NCBI GenBank assembly: GCA_038126035.1
Contig: JAYPEY010000013.1
Coordinates: forward strand, 9,547 to 73,546
Reading direction: 5' to 3'
DNA: 64,000 nucleotides
Origin: Verrucomicrobiales bacterium
GTDB taxonomy: Bacteria; Verrucomicrobiota; Verrucomicrobiia; Limisphaerales; JAYPEY01
The position numbers and the translations under genes are program-made. Below are positions 11,301 to 26,300 of this stretch, piece by piece. The notes under the pieces were generated by a model. That model was not told the origin of the DNA. It searched no databases and was given only the letters and a program-made list of their open reading frames with translations. Positions within the stretch are counted from its first letter, which is position 1; each line of letters starts with the position of its first letter.

Positions 11301-14300
11301 CGTGGTCCAGATCGGTCCCGGCGGTTCGCCGGTCGTCTCGGTCACGAATGGCGAAGGTCTGTTCCTGGTCAACGGGCAGGGCGTCGCGGGCCGGGCTTCG
11401 GCCAACGTGGCGTTGAACGCCGGCGGCGCGGCGTTGACCGGCGCCTTCAAGCTGGCGGTCAACACCATCCCGGCCGCGATCAATGAGGAAGTCGTATCCG
11501 TCGATCCCGCCGATGCGACCATGACGATCACCCAGACGCTGGTCCTCCCGACCGGCCCCTACCTGCGGCTCGAGGCGCGGGCTGTCGACGCCTCGACCCC
11601 GGCCACTTTGACCACGGGCGCTCTGACCCTGAGCGGCGACTTCGATTTTGAACAACGCGTCAGCGGCGGGGCGGACGGCGATATCTCCACGACCGGCGAC
11701 AACTCCAAGGTGGTGACGGTCGGCTTCGCCAATGTCTCGGTGGACCTGGGCGGCGACGTGCTCCAGGCCCGCAATGCCAGCGGCCTGTTCATCATCGGCG
11801 CAACCGGTCTTGCGGGCGCGGCCAGCGCGGACATCTCACTCAAGGCCGGAACCGGCGTCTCGGCCTCAGGTCGATTCAACCTCGTGATCAACCGCACCGG
11901 CGCCGCGGTTTCCGAGACGGTGAATGTCGCCGGCCTGCCGATCACCATCGATGCGCCGGGCGGGGACTACCTGAAGATCTCGGGCGAGGGCGTGAACCTC
12001 ACGATTGCCGGGCAGACCCTGAGCGGCGATTTCGAATTCGAGCAGACCAACGCCGGTCCTGACGGCGTTCCCGGTAATGGCGATGACGCCCCCGTGGTGA
12101 ACGTCACCGCGGCGAATGTCGAAGTGGACCTGGGTTCCGGTCTGGTGACCCTGACCAACGGCAACGGCCAGTTCCTGCTTTCGGATCAGGGCTTCACCGG
12201 AACCGTCAGCGCCAATGTCTCGGTCGACGCCGGAACCGGCCTGACCCTGACCGGCAGCTTTGCGTTGAAGATCAACACGGCGAACGTCGGTGTGCTCGGC
12301 CTGCCCGCCGGTCCCTACCTGCGCATCGAGGTGACTGAAGTGAATCCGACCACGCCCGCGACCCTGATCGTCGGCGGACAGACTTTGAACGGCGACTTTG
12401 TCATCGAGGCGGTCACCACCCTCGGAGCCAATCCCACCGAGGAGGTTTCCATCGGCTTCAAGAATGTCACCCTGACCCTGGGCGAGGGCGGCAATCCGTT
12501 CCTCACCCTGATGAACGGCATGGGCTACTTCGTCATCGGTCAGAATGGCCTGGCCGGGACGGCAGCGCTCGAAGCGATGCTTCACGTGCCCGGGGTCACC
12601 ATGGTCGGCAAGGTGCGCATGTCCATCAACCGCACGGGCGTCGCCGTAAGCCGGCAGTTTGAAATCGATGGCGAGCGCATCTCGCTCGAACTGCCCGCCG
12701 GACCCTATCTGAAGCTGAACGTTGGCGCGGTCAATGACACCACCCCCGCTTCACTGACGGTCGGCGGCCAGACCCTGTCCGGCGACTTTGAGATCGAACA
12801 GGCGACCACCGCCGATGGCGACGAGGTCCTGCGAGTCGCTGCGCGGAATGTGTCAGCCTCCTTCGGAGCGGGAATGAACGGAGCGAATGGCGTCTCCCTG
12901 ACCCTCACCAACGGGAGCGGGCTCTTCCTCATGAACGCCGCCGGTATGGCTGGCCGGGCCTCTGGAACGGTAAGCCTGAACAACGTTGACAACGTCACAC
13001 TGAACGCAGATCTCGCGCTGCAATTCAACAAGACCGGCGCTCCGCTGACCGAGCAGGTCGGCGGCGAGACACTGAGCTTTACTGAAGGCGACTTCCTCCG
13101 TATTTCCGGAAATGCGACCCTGGATATCGCCGGTTTCGTGGGCTTGTCCGGCGACTTCGCGTTCGAAAGCGGCATGGACTCCGGCATGCAGCAGGTCATC
13201 AAGGTCGGCGCGGCCAACGTCACCGCCACCTTGGGTGTGCCGGGCGGCTTCGGGCTCGATCTCACCAATGGCAGCCTGGCCTTGCTGGTCTTGAACGGCG
13301 GGAAGCTTGTGGTGGAGGCCGAAGGCGATGTCGCCCTCCGCGGGTTCAGTGGTCTGTCGCTCAACGCGTCCATGAAGTTGCGGGTCAACAACTCCGGCGC
13401 CGTCGTCAACGAGACCTTCGATGTCAACGGTTCAACGTTGTCGCTGCAGTTTGGGGCCGGGGAAGGGGACGTCGCCCATGTCGAGGCGACCAGTGTCCAG
13501 TTGATCACCCCCTTGGCCACGTTGACCGGCGACTTCAAGTTTGAGAAGGATGGCACCACGAATGAGGTCCTGGTCGCCGGTTCCAATGTGGAGTTGTTCG
13601 TCGGCAAGGTCGGCGGCCCCGGAACGGCCGACGACGTCGGCGTGCGGATCACGGGCGCAAGCGTGGCGGCGTTGCTGACGCCGGGCGGCGGCTATGCCCT
13701 GCAGGCCTCCGGAGCCGCTTCGGTCGTCAATGTTCCGGATTTCTCATTCTCCGGTGACCTCAGCGCCGAGATCAACACCACCGGCGCGACGGTCACCCGC
13801 CCGATCGATGTCGCCGGTCAGAACCTGACGCTGAACGTCAAGGCGGGCGTCAATCGATTCGGCGCGGAGAACGTCACCCTTGCAACGCCGGTCGCGGACC
13901 TGAGTGGCGACTTTGCGGTCGAGACGGTCGCGGTCGCCGGCCCCGATGGCATTATCGGAACGGCCGATGACGACACCGAGGTCCTGATCGGCGGAACCAA
14001 CATTTCGGCCTTCGTCGGCGACGGCGTGGGCGTGCGGATCGACAACGCCAATCTCGCGGTCTTGCTGACTTCCACCGGCTACGCACTGCAGGCCGCGGGC
14101 TCGGCGCAGACCGTCGGAATCCCGGGCGTCAGTCTGTCAGGAACATTCTCCGTGCAGCGGAACACTCACGCCGCCCAGGTGACCCGCACGCTCTCCGTGG
14201 GCGGTGAGACCCTGACCCTGGACCTTGCCGCCGGCATTTCAAAGTTCGTTGGAAAAAGTGTCGAACTGACCGTGCTCGGTCAGACCTTGAAGGGCGACTT

Positions 14301-17300
14301 TACCTTCGAGCAAATGGGCGTCGGCGCGGCGGCCACGGTGAAGCTTACGATTGAGAACGCCTACCTCGGTCTCGGCGATGGAACCACTGACTTCGTCTCC
14401 GTCTCCAACGGAATGGGTGAATTCACCCTCTCGGGAGACGGCATCGCCGGTTCCTTCTCCGGTCAGGTCGGAACAAATATCCCGGGCGTCAGCTTCGGCG
14501 GCAGCTTCAGCGTCATGATCGACAACACCGACGCGTTGAACTCCTACGTCCGGATCGAGGGCGACAATGCCCACTTCGAGGTCGCCGGACAGCGGATTGA
14601 AGGCGACTTCGTCATCGAATCCCGCACGACCATGGGCGGCGCGAAGGTCGTGGCGATCGGTATTGCGGACCTCAGCCTGACCTTGGGCGATGGCGGCATG
14701 AACTACGTCAGCATCACCGGAGGTTCCGGCCTCGCCATTCTGAATCCGGTGGGACTCGCCGCCAGCATCACTGTCAACCCGACGATCACCCTTCCCGGCC
14801 TGATGCTCACCGGCGGCACGGCCAGCCTCGACATAAACACGACGAACATGGCGGTGAACGAATCGCTGGATGTCGCCGGTCAGACTGTAACGGTGGATGT
14901 GCCGGCCGGTCCGTTCCTCCGGGTGGAACTCACCGGAGCCTCGCTGAACGTTGCCGGCGCAGTGACGCTCGCCGGCGACTTCGCCTTCGAACAAAGCACG
15001 GGGGCCGGCGGCGCCAAGAAGACCCGCCTGGCCGTGGCCAACGTCAGTCTCACCTACGACAATCAAGGCCTCAAGAAGGGCGAGGGCGCTTTCATTGTCA
15101 CCGACGCGGGCATTGCCGGTCTGCTTTCCGGCGACATCGATCTGAACGTCGGCGGCGCCACTGCCGAGGGACGCCTCGGCTTCCGCATCAACACGACCAC
15201 TTCCGCCGTCGATGAGACGGTCTCCTTTAATGGCGGCGAGATCAACGTGGTCTTCAGCGACACGGAGGTGCGCAATGTCGGAACGGGGCAGAACTTCCTC
15301 CAGATCTACGGGGAGGACCTTTCGCTCAACATTGGCGACTTCATCACCATCGAGGGCAGTGTCTCGTTCACCAACCAGGGCGGGAACTCGGTCTTCGCCG
15401 GCAAGGACCTGACGGTCTTCCTCGGCCAGGGGCCGGCGCGACTTCCGAACGGCGAAATCAATCCGACCGCCATCGGCGTGCTGCTCTCGGACGCCACAAT
15501 CGGCGTGGTCAAATTCGCGGACGGCAAGTTCGCCGTGAACGCCAGCGGCTTGGTGAGCATCGTTGGCGTGGGCGGCCTCAGTCTCTCCGGTCTGGCCCAG
15601 ATCCGCTTCAACAATTCCGGCCTTACGGTCGATCAAACGCTCACGATTCCCAGCGTCAGCGGTCCCTCCACCGACATCGATGTGAAATTCGACACGCCGG
15701 ATCTGGTCTCCGCCTTCCGCGGTTCGGATCTGGACCTGGGCATCGGCGGCCTGAAGCTCAACGGCGGCTTCAACTTCGGCAAGATCACCGCCGGGGCTTT
15801 TGCCGGCGCGATCGATATCGATGCCGTGGATGTCTCCTTCAGCTTTGGCGACGTTCTTGATGTCGAAGGGGCCTTCGGCGACCTGATGTTCACGGCCGAC
15901 GGTCTGGTTGGCGACCTGGGCGGGGGGATTTCGTTGAATGTGCCGGGTGTCTCGCTGGGCGGTGACTTCCGCATCAAGATCAATCAGACCGGAGTCGCGG
16001 TGAACGAACAGGGCTTCAATCTGCCGGCCGGCCCCTACTTCCGCATCGAGGGCGCGGGCGTTGACCTGAATCTCCTTGGCCAGCGCGTGTTCGGCGACTT
16101 CGTCATCGAGCGCCTGACCACGACCGACGGTCTCGCCGCCCTGCGGATCGGATTGACGGACGCCGGACTCAAGTTCAAGGCCGGCGACACCGAACTGCTG
16201 AGCCTGACCAATCTGAATGGCGCGGTCCTCGTCCTGCCGACCGGAGTGGCGCTTGAGGCCGAAGCGACGGTCTCCGTGGCGCCGGGCCTCGGGGTCTCAC
16301 TCGGCGGCGACTACAAGCTTGCGATCAATACGACCAACCAGCCGGTTCAGGACTCGTTCACCGTCGGAACCTCCACGGTTGCGGTCGATCTGCCGGCGGG
16401 GCCGTACGTGCGCCTTCAGGGACTGAACGTCTCGCTCACCATCCTTGACCAGACCCTGACCGGCGACTTCGCCTTCGAGCAGACCACCACGGCCGATGGC
16501 GGCAGCGCGGTCCGACTTGGCATCGTCAACGGCGAGTTGAGCTTCGGCGACGGAAACACGGACCTGGTCACCTTCAGTCAGGTCGGCGGAAGCCTGCTGC
16601 TCAACGCCAACGGCCTGGCCGGCGAGTTGTCCGGTTCGGTCAGCGTCGCTCCTTCCCTCGGCTTCACCCTGGGCGGCAATTACAAGCTCGCGATCAACAA
16701 CACCAACGCCGCGGTCTCGGATTCGATCCGGGTCGGAAACAACACCGTGGCGCTCAACCTGCCCGCCGGCCCCTACCTGCGGCTCGAAGGCAATGGCGCG
16801 GTGATCAACGTCGGCGGCCAGTCCATCTCCGGCGACTTCTCCGTCGAACGCGTCACCCGGATGGACGACTCGCAGGTCACCCGCATCGCGGCGAGCAATG
16901 TCGAGGTGCGGATCGGCAATGGCGTGACCGATTACGTCACCCTGACCAACGGCTCCGGCCTGTTCCTCGCGACTCAGGCGGGCATTGGCGCGCGATTGAG
17001 CGGGACGGTTTCGGTCGGCGTTCCAGGCGTTTCGATGAGCGCGGCGTTGACCTTTGAAATCAACAACACCAACGCGGCCATCAACGAGACCTTCGAGGTC
17101 GGCGGTCAGTCCGAAACACTGAATCTCGCCGCGGGCCCCTATCTCCGTGTGATGGGAACAGGCGTTTCATTGCAGATTGCCGGACTGACCCTGTCCGGCG
17201 ACTTCGAATTTGTCCGCAAGACGGTCAACGCCCAGACTGTGGTCGAGTTGACCGTGGCCAATGTGAGCTTCGGACTGGGCGACGGGACAACCGATTTTGT

Positions 17301-20300
17301 CAGCCTCACCAACGGCGCCGGCATGTTGACCATCGACGCCGCCGGCATGCGCGGTGAATTCATGGCAACGCTGACGGCCGATGTGCCGGGCGTCGCTTTC
17401 GGCGGTCAGTTCGCAGTGAAGGTGAACATGGATCGCGTCAATCCCGCAAATCGTTACCTGCGTGTGCAGGCAACGGGCGTCACGCTCACGGTGAACGGGG
17501 CGCTGGAACTGACCGGCGATGTCGCCTTCGAGGAAACCACCAACATGGCGGGCGGGAAGATCGTTCGCGTTGGCGTCGCAAACCTCGGGTTGAAACTCGG
17601 GCCCAATGGCTCGCCTTTCGTCACCGTCTCAAATGGCTCCGGACTCCTGGTCCTCACCTCGCAGGGCATGGCCGGCTCCTTCACGGCCCGGGCATCGTTC
17701 GACATCGACAATGTCTCCATCTCCGGCGGCCGGATCTCGGTCGACGTGAACACCGGCACGATGGCGGTGAATGAATCCATCCAGGTCGGCGACACCCAGT
17801 TGACGGTGAACGTGCCGGCGGGCCCCTACGTGCGCGTTGAGGTTCTCGGCGCGGCCGTGAATATCGCGAACGGCGCCGCGCAACTGCTGGGCAACTTCGC
17901 CTTCGAGCAGGCCACGGCCGCAGGCGGAGGAACGATCGTCCGGATCGGCGCGACCGACGTCAGCGTCGCCATCGATGGGCAGGGAATGAAGAACGGCGAG
18001 GGAGCCTTGATCGTCACTCCCACCGGAATCGCAGGCCTGCTCTCCGGCGATATCGACATCTCCGTCGGTTCGGCGAGCGTGGCCGGCAGCATCGGACTGC
18101 GAATCAACAAGACCGGCGCCGCCGTGGACGAGCAGGTGCAGGTGGGAACCCAGACCATCGCCGTCAAGTTCGACAACACCGAGACCGATCTCATCGAATT
18201 CTTCCTTGCCAACGCCTCCTTCATGGTCGGCGACTTCGTCACGATCGAAGGCAGCGTCAATTTCCGGTCGCAGAACGGGAAGGATGTCTTCGCCGGCGAC
18301 AACCTCCTGGTCTTCCTTGGTCGCGGGCCCATCGAACTGCCCAACGGCGATCGAAATCCGGCCGCCGCCGGCCTGTTGCTCTCCAACGCCAAGGTCGGCC
18401 TTGTCCGCTTCCTGGATGGCACGTTGGCGCTGAATGCCAGCGGCACGATCGAAATCATCGGCATCGACGGGGTCAGCCTCAGCGCCAACGCGACGATTCG
18501 CTTCAACAATTCCGGGCAGGTGGTGGACGAAACCGTCACTGTCCAGGGCACCGGCGAGGATATTGAGGTGAAGTTCGACACCGCCGCTCCCGCGGCCTAC
18601 GTGGCGACCGAGAACGTCAACCTGAACGCGCTGGGTCAGACCTTGAGCGGTGATTTCACCTTCGAGAAAATCTCCTCCGGAGCCTACGCCGGCGCGCTCA
18701 AGATCACGGCGGCTCAAACCAGCCTTTCCCTCGGCGGCGGCGCGCTCACCGTGGAGGATGGTTCGGGCGTCCTGCTCCTGACCGACACCGGCCTGGCCGG
18801 CGATCTGGCGGCGACCGTCGGCGTCAATGTGCCAAACGTCAGCCTTGGCGGCGATTTCCGCGTCCAGTTCAACGGCATTCCGTCCACCATCGACGATCCG
18901 TCCATCGGACTTGCCGGACTGCCCGCCGGCGAGTTCCTGCGCGTGACCGGGACCGGCGTTCATCTTGACATCCTCGGTCAGCGCTTGTCCGGCGACTTCA
19001 TCATTCAACGCGTGACGACCATGGGCGGCGGCGAGGAATTCCGCGTGGGCGTGGCCAATGGCTCCCTGAGTTTCGGCGACGGATCGACCAACCTGGTCAC
19101 AGTCTCCAACGTCAATGGCAGCTTCATCATGACAAACGCCGGGCTTGCCGGTCAGATGACCGCCAGTGTTTCCACCGCTCCGGAATTGGGCGCGTCCTTT
19201 ACCGGCGACTTCGAACTCAAGGTCAACACGACCATGGCCGCGGTCAACGAGACCATGATGGTCGGCGCCGAAACCATCACGATCAATGTGCCGCAGGGGC
19301 CGTATCTCAAAGTGGAAGGTCAGGACATCGTCCTGGCTGTGTCCGGTCAGTCGCTGAGCGGCGACTTCGTCTTCGAGCAGGCCACACGCGCCGACAATTC
19401 CACCGTGACCCGCGTCGCCGCCGAAAACGTCGAAGTCCACCTCGGCGATGGGACGACCGACTTCGTCAGCCTGACCAACGGCAACGGCTACTTCTTCACC
19501 ACCGCCGCCGGACTCGCCGGCAAACTCAGCGGCATGGTCTCGTTGAACGTCCCGGGGGTCGCCTTCAACGCGCAGCTTGCGCTCGAGTTGAATCCGTCGA
19601 TGACCGCAATCGACGAGTCCTTCGAAATCGGCGGATCAACGCAGACCCTGGCGCTGCCCGCCGGGCCTTACCTGCGCCTGACGGGAACGGGATTGAACAT
19701 CGATATTGCGGGGCAGACCTTGTCCGGCAACTTCACCTTCACCCAGCGCACGGTGAACAACGCCGAGGTGGTGGAACTTTCCTTCGACAGCGTCGCGCTG
19801 AATCTCGGCGACGGCACGAACAACCTCGTCTCGGTCACCAATGGCACGGGCATGTTGACCATCGATTCCGCCTCCACTCGCGGAAGCTTCTCCGCCGACG
19901 TCGAGGTGAACATTCCGGGCGTGACCTTCAGCGGCTCATTCATGGTGGACATCTTCGTCGATCGCGTGAATGCGGCGAACCGTTCACTGAAGGTCAGCGG
20001 TGAGCAGATAAACCTGACAGTCGCCGACCAGACCCTGCGCGGTGATGTGGTCTTTGAGCAGACCACGGCCGGCGGAGGGGCGACGGTTGTGCGTGTGGGC
20101 GTCGCCCGTTTGTCCATGTCCTTGGGCGATGGAACCAACACCTTTGTCTCGATCACGGGCGGCAAGGGCCTCTGGATCGCGGACAACACAGGCATCGCTG
20201 GAACCCTGTCGGTCAGCGCCATCTTCGACCTCCCCGGGGTGACGCTCAGAGACGATCAGGTGAACATCGCTGTGAACACCTCCCCGAGCGCCGTCATGGA

Positions 20301-23300
20301 TTCGCTGACGGTTGGCGGCGAAACGGTGTCGATCGATCTCCCGGCCGGGACCTTCCTCCGCGTTGAAGCCATTGGCGCGATGCTCCAAATCGGCGGCGGC
20401 AGCGGCCCCGCGATCTCCGGCGACTTCGCCTTTGAACAGACGACATCCGCGGGCGGCGCAAGCATCCTCAAGGTCGGCGCGACCAATGTCAGCGTCACTT
20501 TTGACGGCCAGGGCCTGAAGAACGGCTCCGGCGGCCTGATCGTGAATGCCAGCGGCATCGCAGGGCAAATGACCGGCGAAATCGACGTCAACGCCGGCGG
20601 CGCCAGCGTGGCGGGCAACATCGGCCTGCGCTTCAACAAGACCGGCGTCGCGGTGGACGAGAGCATTCAGGTCGGCGGCGCAACAGTTGACATCAAGTTC
20701 TCCGCTTCGGAAGGCGACCTGTTCTCATTCTTCGTGTCGGGCGGTTCCTTCATGATCGGCGATTTCGTCACGATCGAGGGCAGTATCAGCTTCACCAGCC
20801 GCAACGGCGTCGAGATCTTCGCCGGCGCCGACCTCCTGGTCTTCCTCGGTCAGGGCCCATTGAAATTGGGCAACGGCGACATGAACCCCGCGGCAAGCGG
20901 CGTGCTTCTCAGTAATGCCCAGGTTGGCATCGTGAAATTCGCCGACGGCACACAGGCGGTCACCGCTTCCGGCGACGTGGCGATCATCGGTGTCAACGGC
21001 GTCAGCCTCAGCGGCACGGCCGAGGTGCGGGTCAACAACTCGGGCCGGGTGGTCAACGAAACCATCACCATCCCGAACACCAGCACGGACATTGTGGTCC
21101 GTTTTGACACCGAGGCGCCGGTCGCCAACTTTGCCGCCAACAACGTCGATCTCAATGTCCTGGGTCAGACCCTCCGTGGCAACTTCTCCTTCGGCACGAT
21201 CTCCGGCGGCCCGAATGACGGAGCTGTCCGTGTCTCCGGCAGCGGGATCAGTCTGAACCTTGGCGATGGCGCGGTCGTGGTCGAGAACGCGGGCGGAACA
21301 ATCCTGCTGACGGCGAACGGCATGGCCGCCGACCTCATGGGCACGATTGCCGTGAACGCTCCGGGCGTTTCCGCCGAGGGCATGTTCCGCGTGCAGATCA
21401 ACAACACCACGGCGGCAGTCAACGATGCGTCGCTCGGCCTCGATCTCCCGGCCGGACCTTACCTGAAGGTGGAAGGAACCAATGTCGCGTTGAACGTGGC
21501 CGGCCAGCGCCTGGGCGGCGATTTCGCCTTTGAGAGCCGGACCGAGGGCGTGGCCCAGGTGGTCGATATCACACTCGCCAATATCGAGATCGGGCTGGGC
21601 GATGGAACGACCGATTTCGTCAGCGTGACCAACGGCGCCGGAATGTTGACCGTGCGTTCGACCGGCGTTTCCGGCAGCTTCAGCGGCGACGTCGCCATGA
21701 ACATACCGGGCGTGACCTTCTCCGGGACATTCCGCGTGGCGGTCAATACCACCGACGCGGCCAATCAGTATGTGCGCGTCGAGGGCAGCAATGTGCGACT
21801 CGACATCGCCGGCCAGCGCCTGGGCGGACACTTCTCCTTCGAGCAGACCACGGCCACGGGTGGCGCCAGCGTCGTGCGCGTCGCGGTCAGCGACCTGAGT
21901 CTGGCAATCGGCGATGGTTCCAACACCTACGTGTCGATCGCCAACGGCTCCGGCCAGTTCCTCGTCACCGCCGCCGGCATCGCCGCGTCACTGGAAGTTC
22001 AACCCTCTTTCAATATTCCTGGCGTCACCTTGAATGGCGGCACGGTCAAGCTGCAGATCAATAACACCATGGCCGCCGTGGACGAGACCTACAACGTCGG
22101 CGGCACGGACGTGACCCTCACCCTGCCGGCGGGCCCGTTCCTGCGCGTCGAGGTGGTCGGCGCCATGCTGAGAATCGGCGCGGCCGGCGGTCCCGAGTTG
22201 AGCGGGGACTTCGCCTTCGAACAATCGACCAAAGCCGATGGGACGCAGGTCACCAAGATCGGCTTGAGCAAGATCGCCGTAACCTTCGACGGGCAGGGCC
22301 TGACGAACGGCGAAGGCGGATTCGTTGTGACCCCGACCGGCATCGCCGGCCTGCTCTCCGGTGATCTCGACATTCAGGCTTCCGGAGCCAGCGCCGCAGG
22401 TCGCCTTGGCCTGCGCGTCAACAAGACCGGCGTCGCCATCGACGAGACGATCCAGGTCGGCGGCCGCACGATTTCAATCTTCTTCAACCAGAACGAAACG
22501 GATCTGTTCGCCTTCTTTGCCGAGAATCTCTCCCTGAACATCGGCGACTTTGTCACGATCGAAGGCAGTGTCAGCTTCACCAGTTCGGGCGGTCGCGATG
22601 TCTTCGCCGGCTCGGACCTGCTGATCTTCATCGGTCGCGGTCCGGTCAAGCTGCCATCCGGCGAGATCAACCCCGATGCGAAGGGAGTCCTGCTTTCCGA
22701 CGCGACCATCGGCCTGATCAAGCACGCGGACGGAACGTTCTCGCTCAATGCAACCGGCACGGTCTCCATCATTGGCGTGCCGGGCGTCTCGATCTCCGGC
22801 GATGCGCGGGTCCGGTTCAACAACTCCGGCGTCGCGGTGAACGAGACCCTGACCATCCCGAGCCTGGATGGTCCCGGCGCGGAAATCGACGTCCGCTTCG
22901 ACACTCCGGATGTCGTCACCAGCTTCAGCGGTTCCAACCTGAATCTGGCAATCGGCGGCGTCACGCTCACCGGCGCATTCGATTTTGGCAAACTGACTGA
23001 CGGACCATTCGCCGGAGTCACCAAGATCACCGCGACGGATGTCTCCTTCTCGCTCGGCAGCGCGGTGAGCATCACCAACGCCGGCGGAACCTTGTTGTTG
23101 ACCAATGCCGGAGTCGTCGCGGACCTCCAGGCTTCGATCGGAATCAATGTCCCCGGCGTCACGCTTGACGGCGACTATCGCGTCCAGATCAATCAGACTG
23201 GGGCCGCCGCGGTCGACGCGTCGCTCGGCTTGAATCTCCCGGCTGGCCCGTACTTCCGCGTGGAGGGTCTCAACGTCGGATTGAATGTCTTTGGTCAACG

Positions 23301-26300
23301 TCTCTCCGGCAACTTCTCCATCGAGAACCAGACCACGGCCGCGGGCGGCCAGATCACGCGTATCGGTCTGTCCCAGGTTGAACTGCATCTGGGCGATGGG
23401 ACGACCGATTTGATCAGCGTGACCAACGGCTCCGGCGCCCTGTTCATCACGGCCGGCGGCCTGGCCGGCCAGTTCGGCGGTTCCATCTCCACAGCGCCAA
23501 GCCTCGGCATCACATTGGAGGGCAGTTTCAAGGTCGCCATCAACACAAATGCCGCCGCGGTTATGGAAACGATCACCATCGGTTCCGAGACTCAGGATCT
23601 CAATCTGCCCGGCGGCCCGTACCTGCGCATCGAAGGGCAGGGCGTGAAGCTGGCGCTGCTCGGTCAGTCTCTGCACGGCGATTTTGTCTTCGAACAGATG
23701 ACGGCGCCGGATGGAAGCTCGGTAACCAAGGTCGGCGTCGCCAATGCCGGCATCTCGTTGGGTGACGGAACCAATGACTTCCTCACGCTTTCCAATGTCA
23801 ATGGAGCCTACGTTCTCACGCCGACCGGGATTGCGGGTCGCGTTGGCGGCGACGTCGCGGTGAACATCCCTTCGGTGTCGGTGTCCGGTTCGCTCGAACT
23901 GGAGATCAACAACTCCGGCATGGCGGTGGACGAGACCTTCCTGGTCGGAGGACAAACGCAGTCCGTGGTGATGGCGGCCGGACAATACCTGCGCGTCGCC
24001 GGAACGGGCATCGATGTCAACATCGCAGGCCAGAAACTGCGCGGCGATTTCGGGTTTGAGCAGCGGATGGAGGGCGCGGCCCAGGTCGTCATGGTGACCC
24101 TGAACAACGTTTACCTCGGGCTCGGCGACGGCACGACGGACTTCGTCAGCATTTCCGAGGGCATGGGCACGCTGAATGTCACCCAGTCCGGCATCGCCGG
24201 AAACTTCAGCGGATCGCTTGCCGTGCACGTGCCTGGCGTCAACTTCACGGGCGATTTTGCGGTGGCGCTCGACACCACCAATCCGGCGGCCCCATATGTC
24301 CGCATCGAGGGAACGAACGTGGACCTGAATGTCGCCGGCCAGAAACTCAGCGGCGACTTCACCATCGAACAGGCGACAACCACGATGGGGACGAAGATCG
24401 TTCGGATCGGCGTCGACAACCTGAACATCTCGCTCGGCGGCGGCGCGGTGCAGGTGAACGACGGCGAGGGGCTTCTGGTTCTCACCGACACCGGTGTTGC
24501 CGCCAGCTTTGCCCTCGGTTCCACCACCGGCGCCAACCCGGCCGTCGTCTTCGACCTCGGCAATCCGGCCTTCGCGCTCACGATCAATACCATCAAACTC
24601 CGGATCAACACCACCATGACCGCGGTGAACGAGTCGCTCACCGTGGGAACTTCGACGCAGACGGTCAATGTTCCGGGCGGGCCTTACGTGCAGGTCGAGG
24701 CGCTGGGCGCGTCGCTGGACGTCGCCGGCGCCGTGACCATTGAGGGCGACTTCCTCTTCGAGCAGGCGACGCTCGCCAACGGCGGCATGGCGACCCGGAT
24801 CGGCATCGCCAACGCCAAGCTGCAGTTCGATGGACAGGGCATCGTCAACGGCGAGGGCGGCTTCCTGATTCTTGACTCGGGCATCGCGGGCATTCTCTCC
24901 GGCGATATCGATCTGAATGTCGGCGGCGCCACTGTCGAAGGTCGTCTCGGATTCCGCATCAACAAGACCGACATGGCAATCGACGAGACACTGACATTTG
25001 GCGACAACGAGATTCTCATCCGGTTTGGCGACACCGAAAAGAACGTCATTCAGATCTACGGCGAAAATCTCGCCTTCAATATCGGCAAGTTCGCCACGAT
25101 CGAGGGCAGTGTCAGCTTCACCACGCGCGCCGACGGCAGCGCGATCTTCGCCGGAAAGGATCTGCTGGTCTTCCTCGGCGACGGCCCGGCGCGCCTGCCG
25201 GACGGTGAACTGAATCCGACTACCACTGGCATCCTGCTCCGCGACGCGCGCATCGGCTTGATCAAGTTTGCCGACGGCACGTTGGCGTTGAGCGCCTCCG
25301 GTTCCGTCGAGGTCGTCGGCATCAGCGGATTCAGCATCTCCGGCAACGCCTCGATCGAATTCAACAACTCCGGCCTCTCAGTCGACGAGTCGCTGAACAT
25401 CCCGGGCAGCGCCGAGGATCCCATCAACGTGAAATTCGACACCGGTTCCTTCAAGGCGAAGTTCGCCGCGATGGGCGTCGATGTGAACATCCTGGGCCAG
25501 ACCCTGACCGGCGATTTCAGCTATGAGCAGGTCGGCGACGGTCCGGTCAACGACATCACCATCGCCGCCGCCAATGTGAACCTGGATCTCGGCAATGGCG
25601 CCGTGAAGGTCGTCGATGCTCGCGGCATCATCCTCCTCAAGCCGACTGGCACGGCCGCTGAATTGTCCGGCACGTTGCAGGTCAATGTTCCGGGCGTGAG
25701 CTTCGACGGGCAATTTGGCCTGATGATCAATACTTCAGGCGCCGCGGTAAATGAGACCTTCCTTGCCAACGGCGAAACCGTGACTCTCAACCTGCCCGCC
25801 GGTCCCTACCTTCGTGTTGAGGGCAACGGCGTCACCCTTAACATCGCTGGCCAGAAGCTCTCCGGCGATTTCGCCTTCGAACAGGTGACGCTGGCCAATG
25901 GAACGCAACAGACATCGATCGTTGCCTCAAATGTCAGTCTCGCCCTCGGCGATGGGACGACCGACTTTGTCAGCCTGACCGAAGGACGCGGAGCCTTCCT
26001 GCTCACGGCCGACGGCATGGCTGGACGTCTGTCTGGAACGGTGACCGCAAACATCCCGGGAGTCACCTTCAACGGCGACTTCTCCCTGGCCATCAACAAC
26101 ACGCGTCAGGCCGTCAACGCCGATTTCACCGTCGGCGGCGAGACCGTGAACCTGAGCGTGCAGGCTGGACCTTACGTGCGGATCGAAGGACTGGGAGTCG
26201 AGTTGAACATCCTGGGCCAGACCCTGCGCGGCGACTTCGCCTTCGAGCAGGCCGAGACCACCGGCGCGGCGCCGGAACAGGTGGTCCGCCTGGCGGTGAA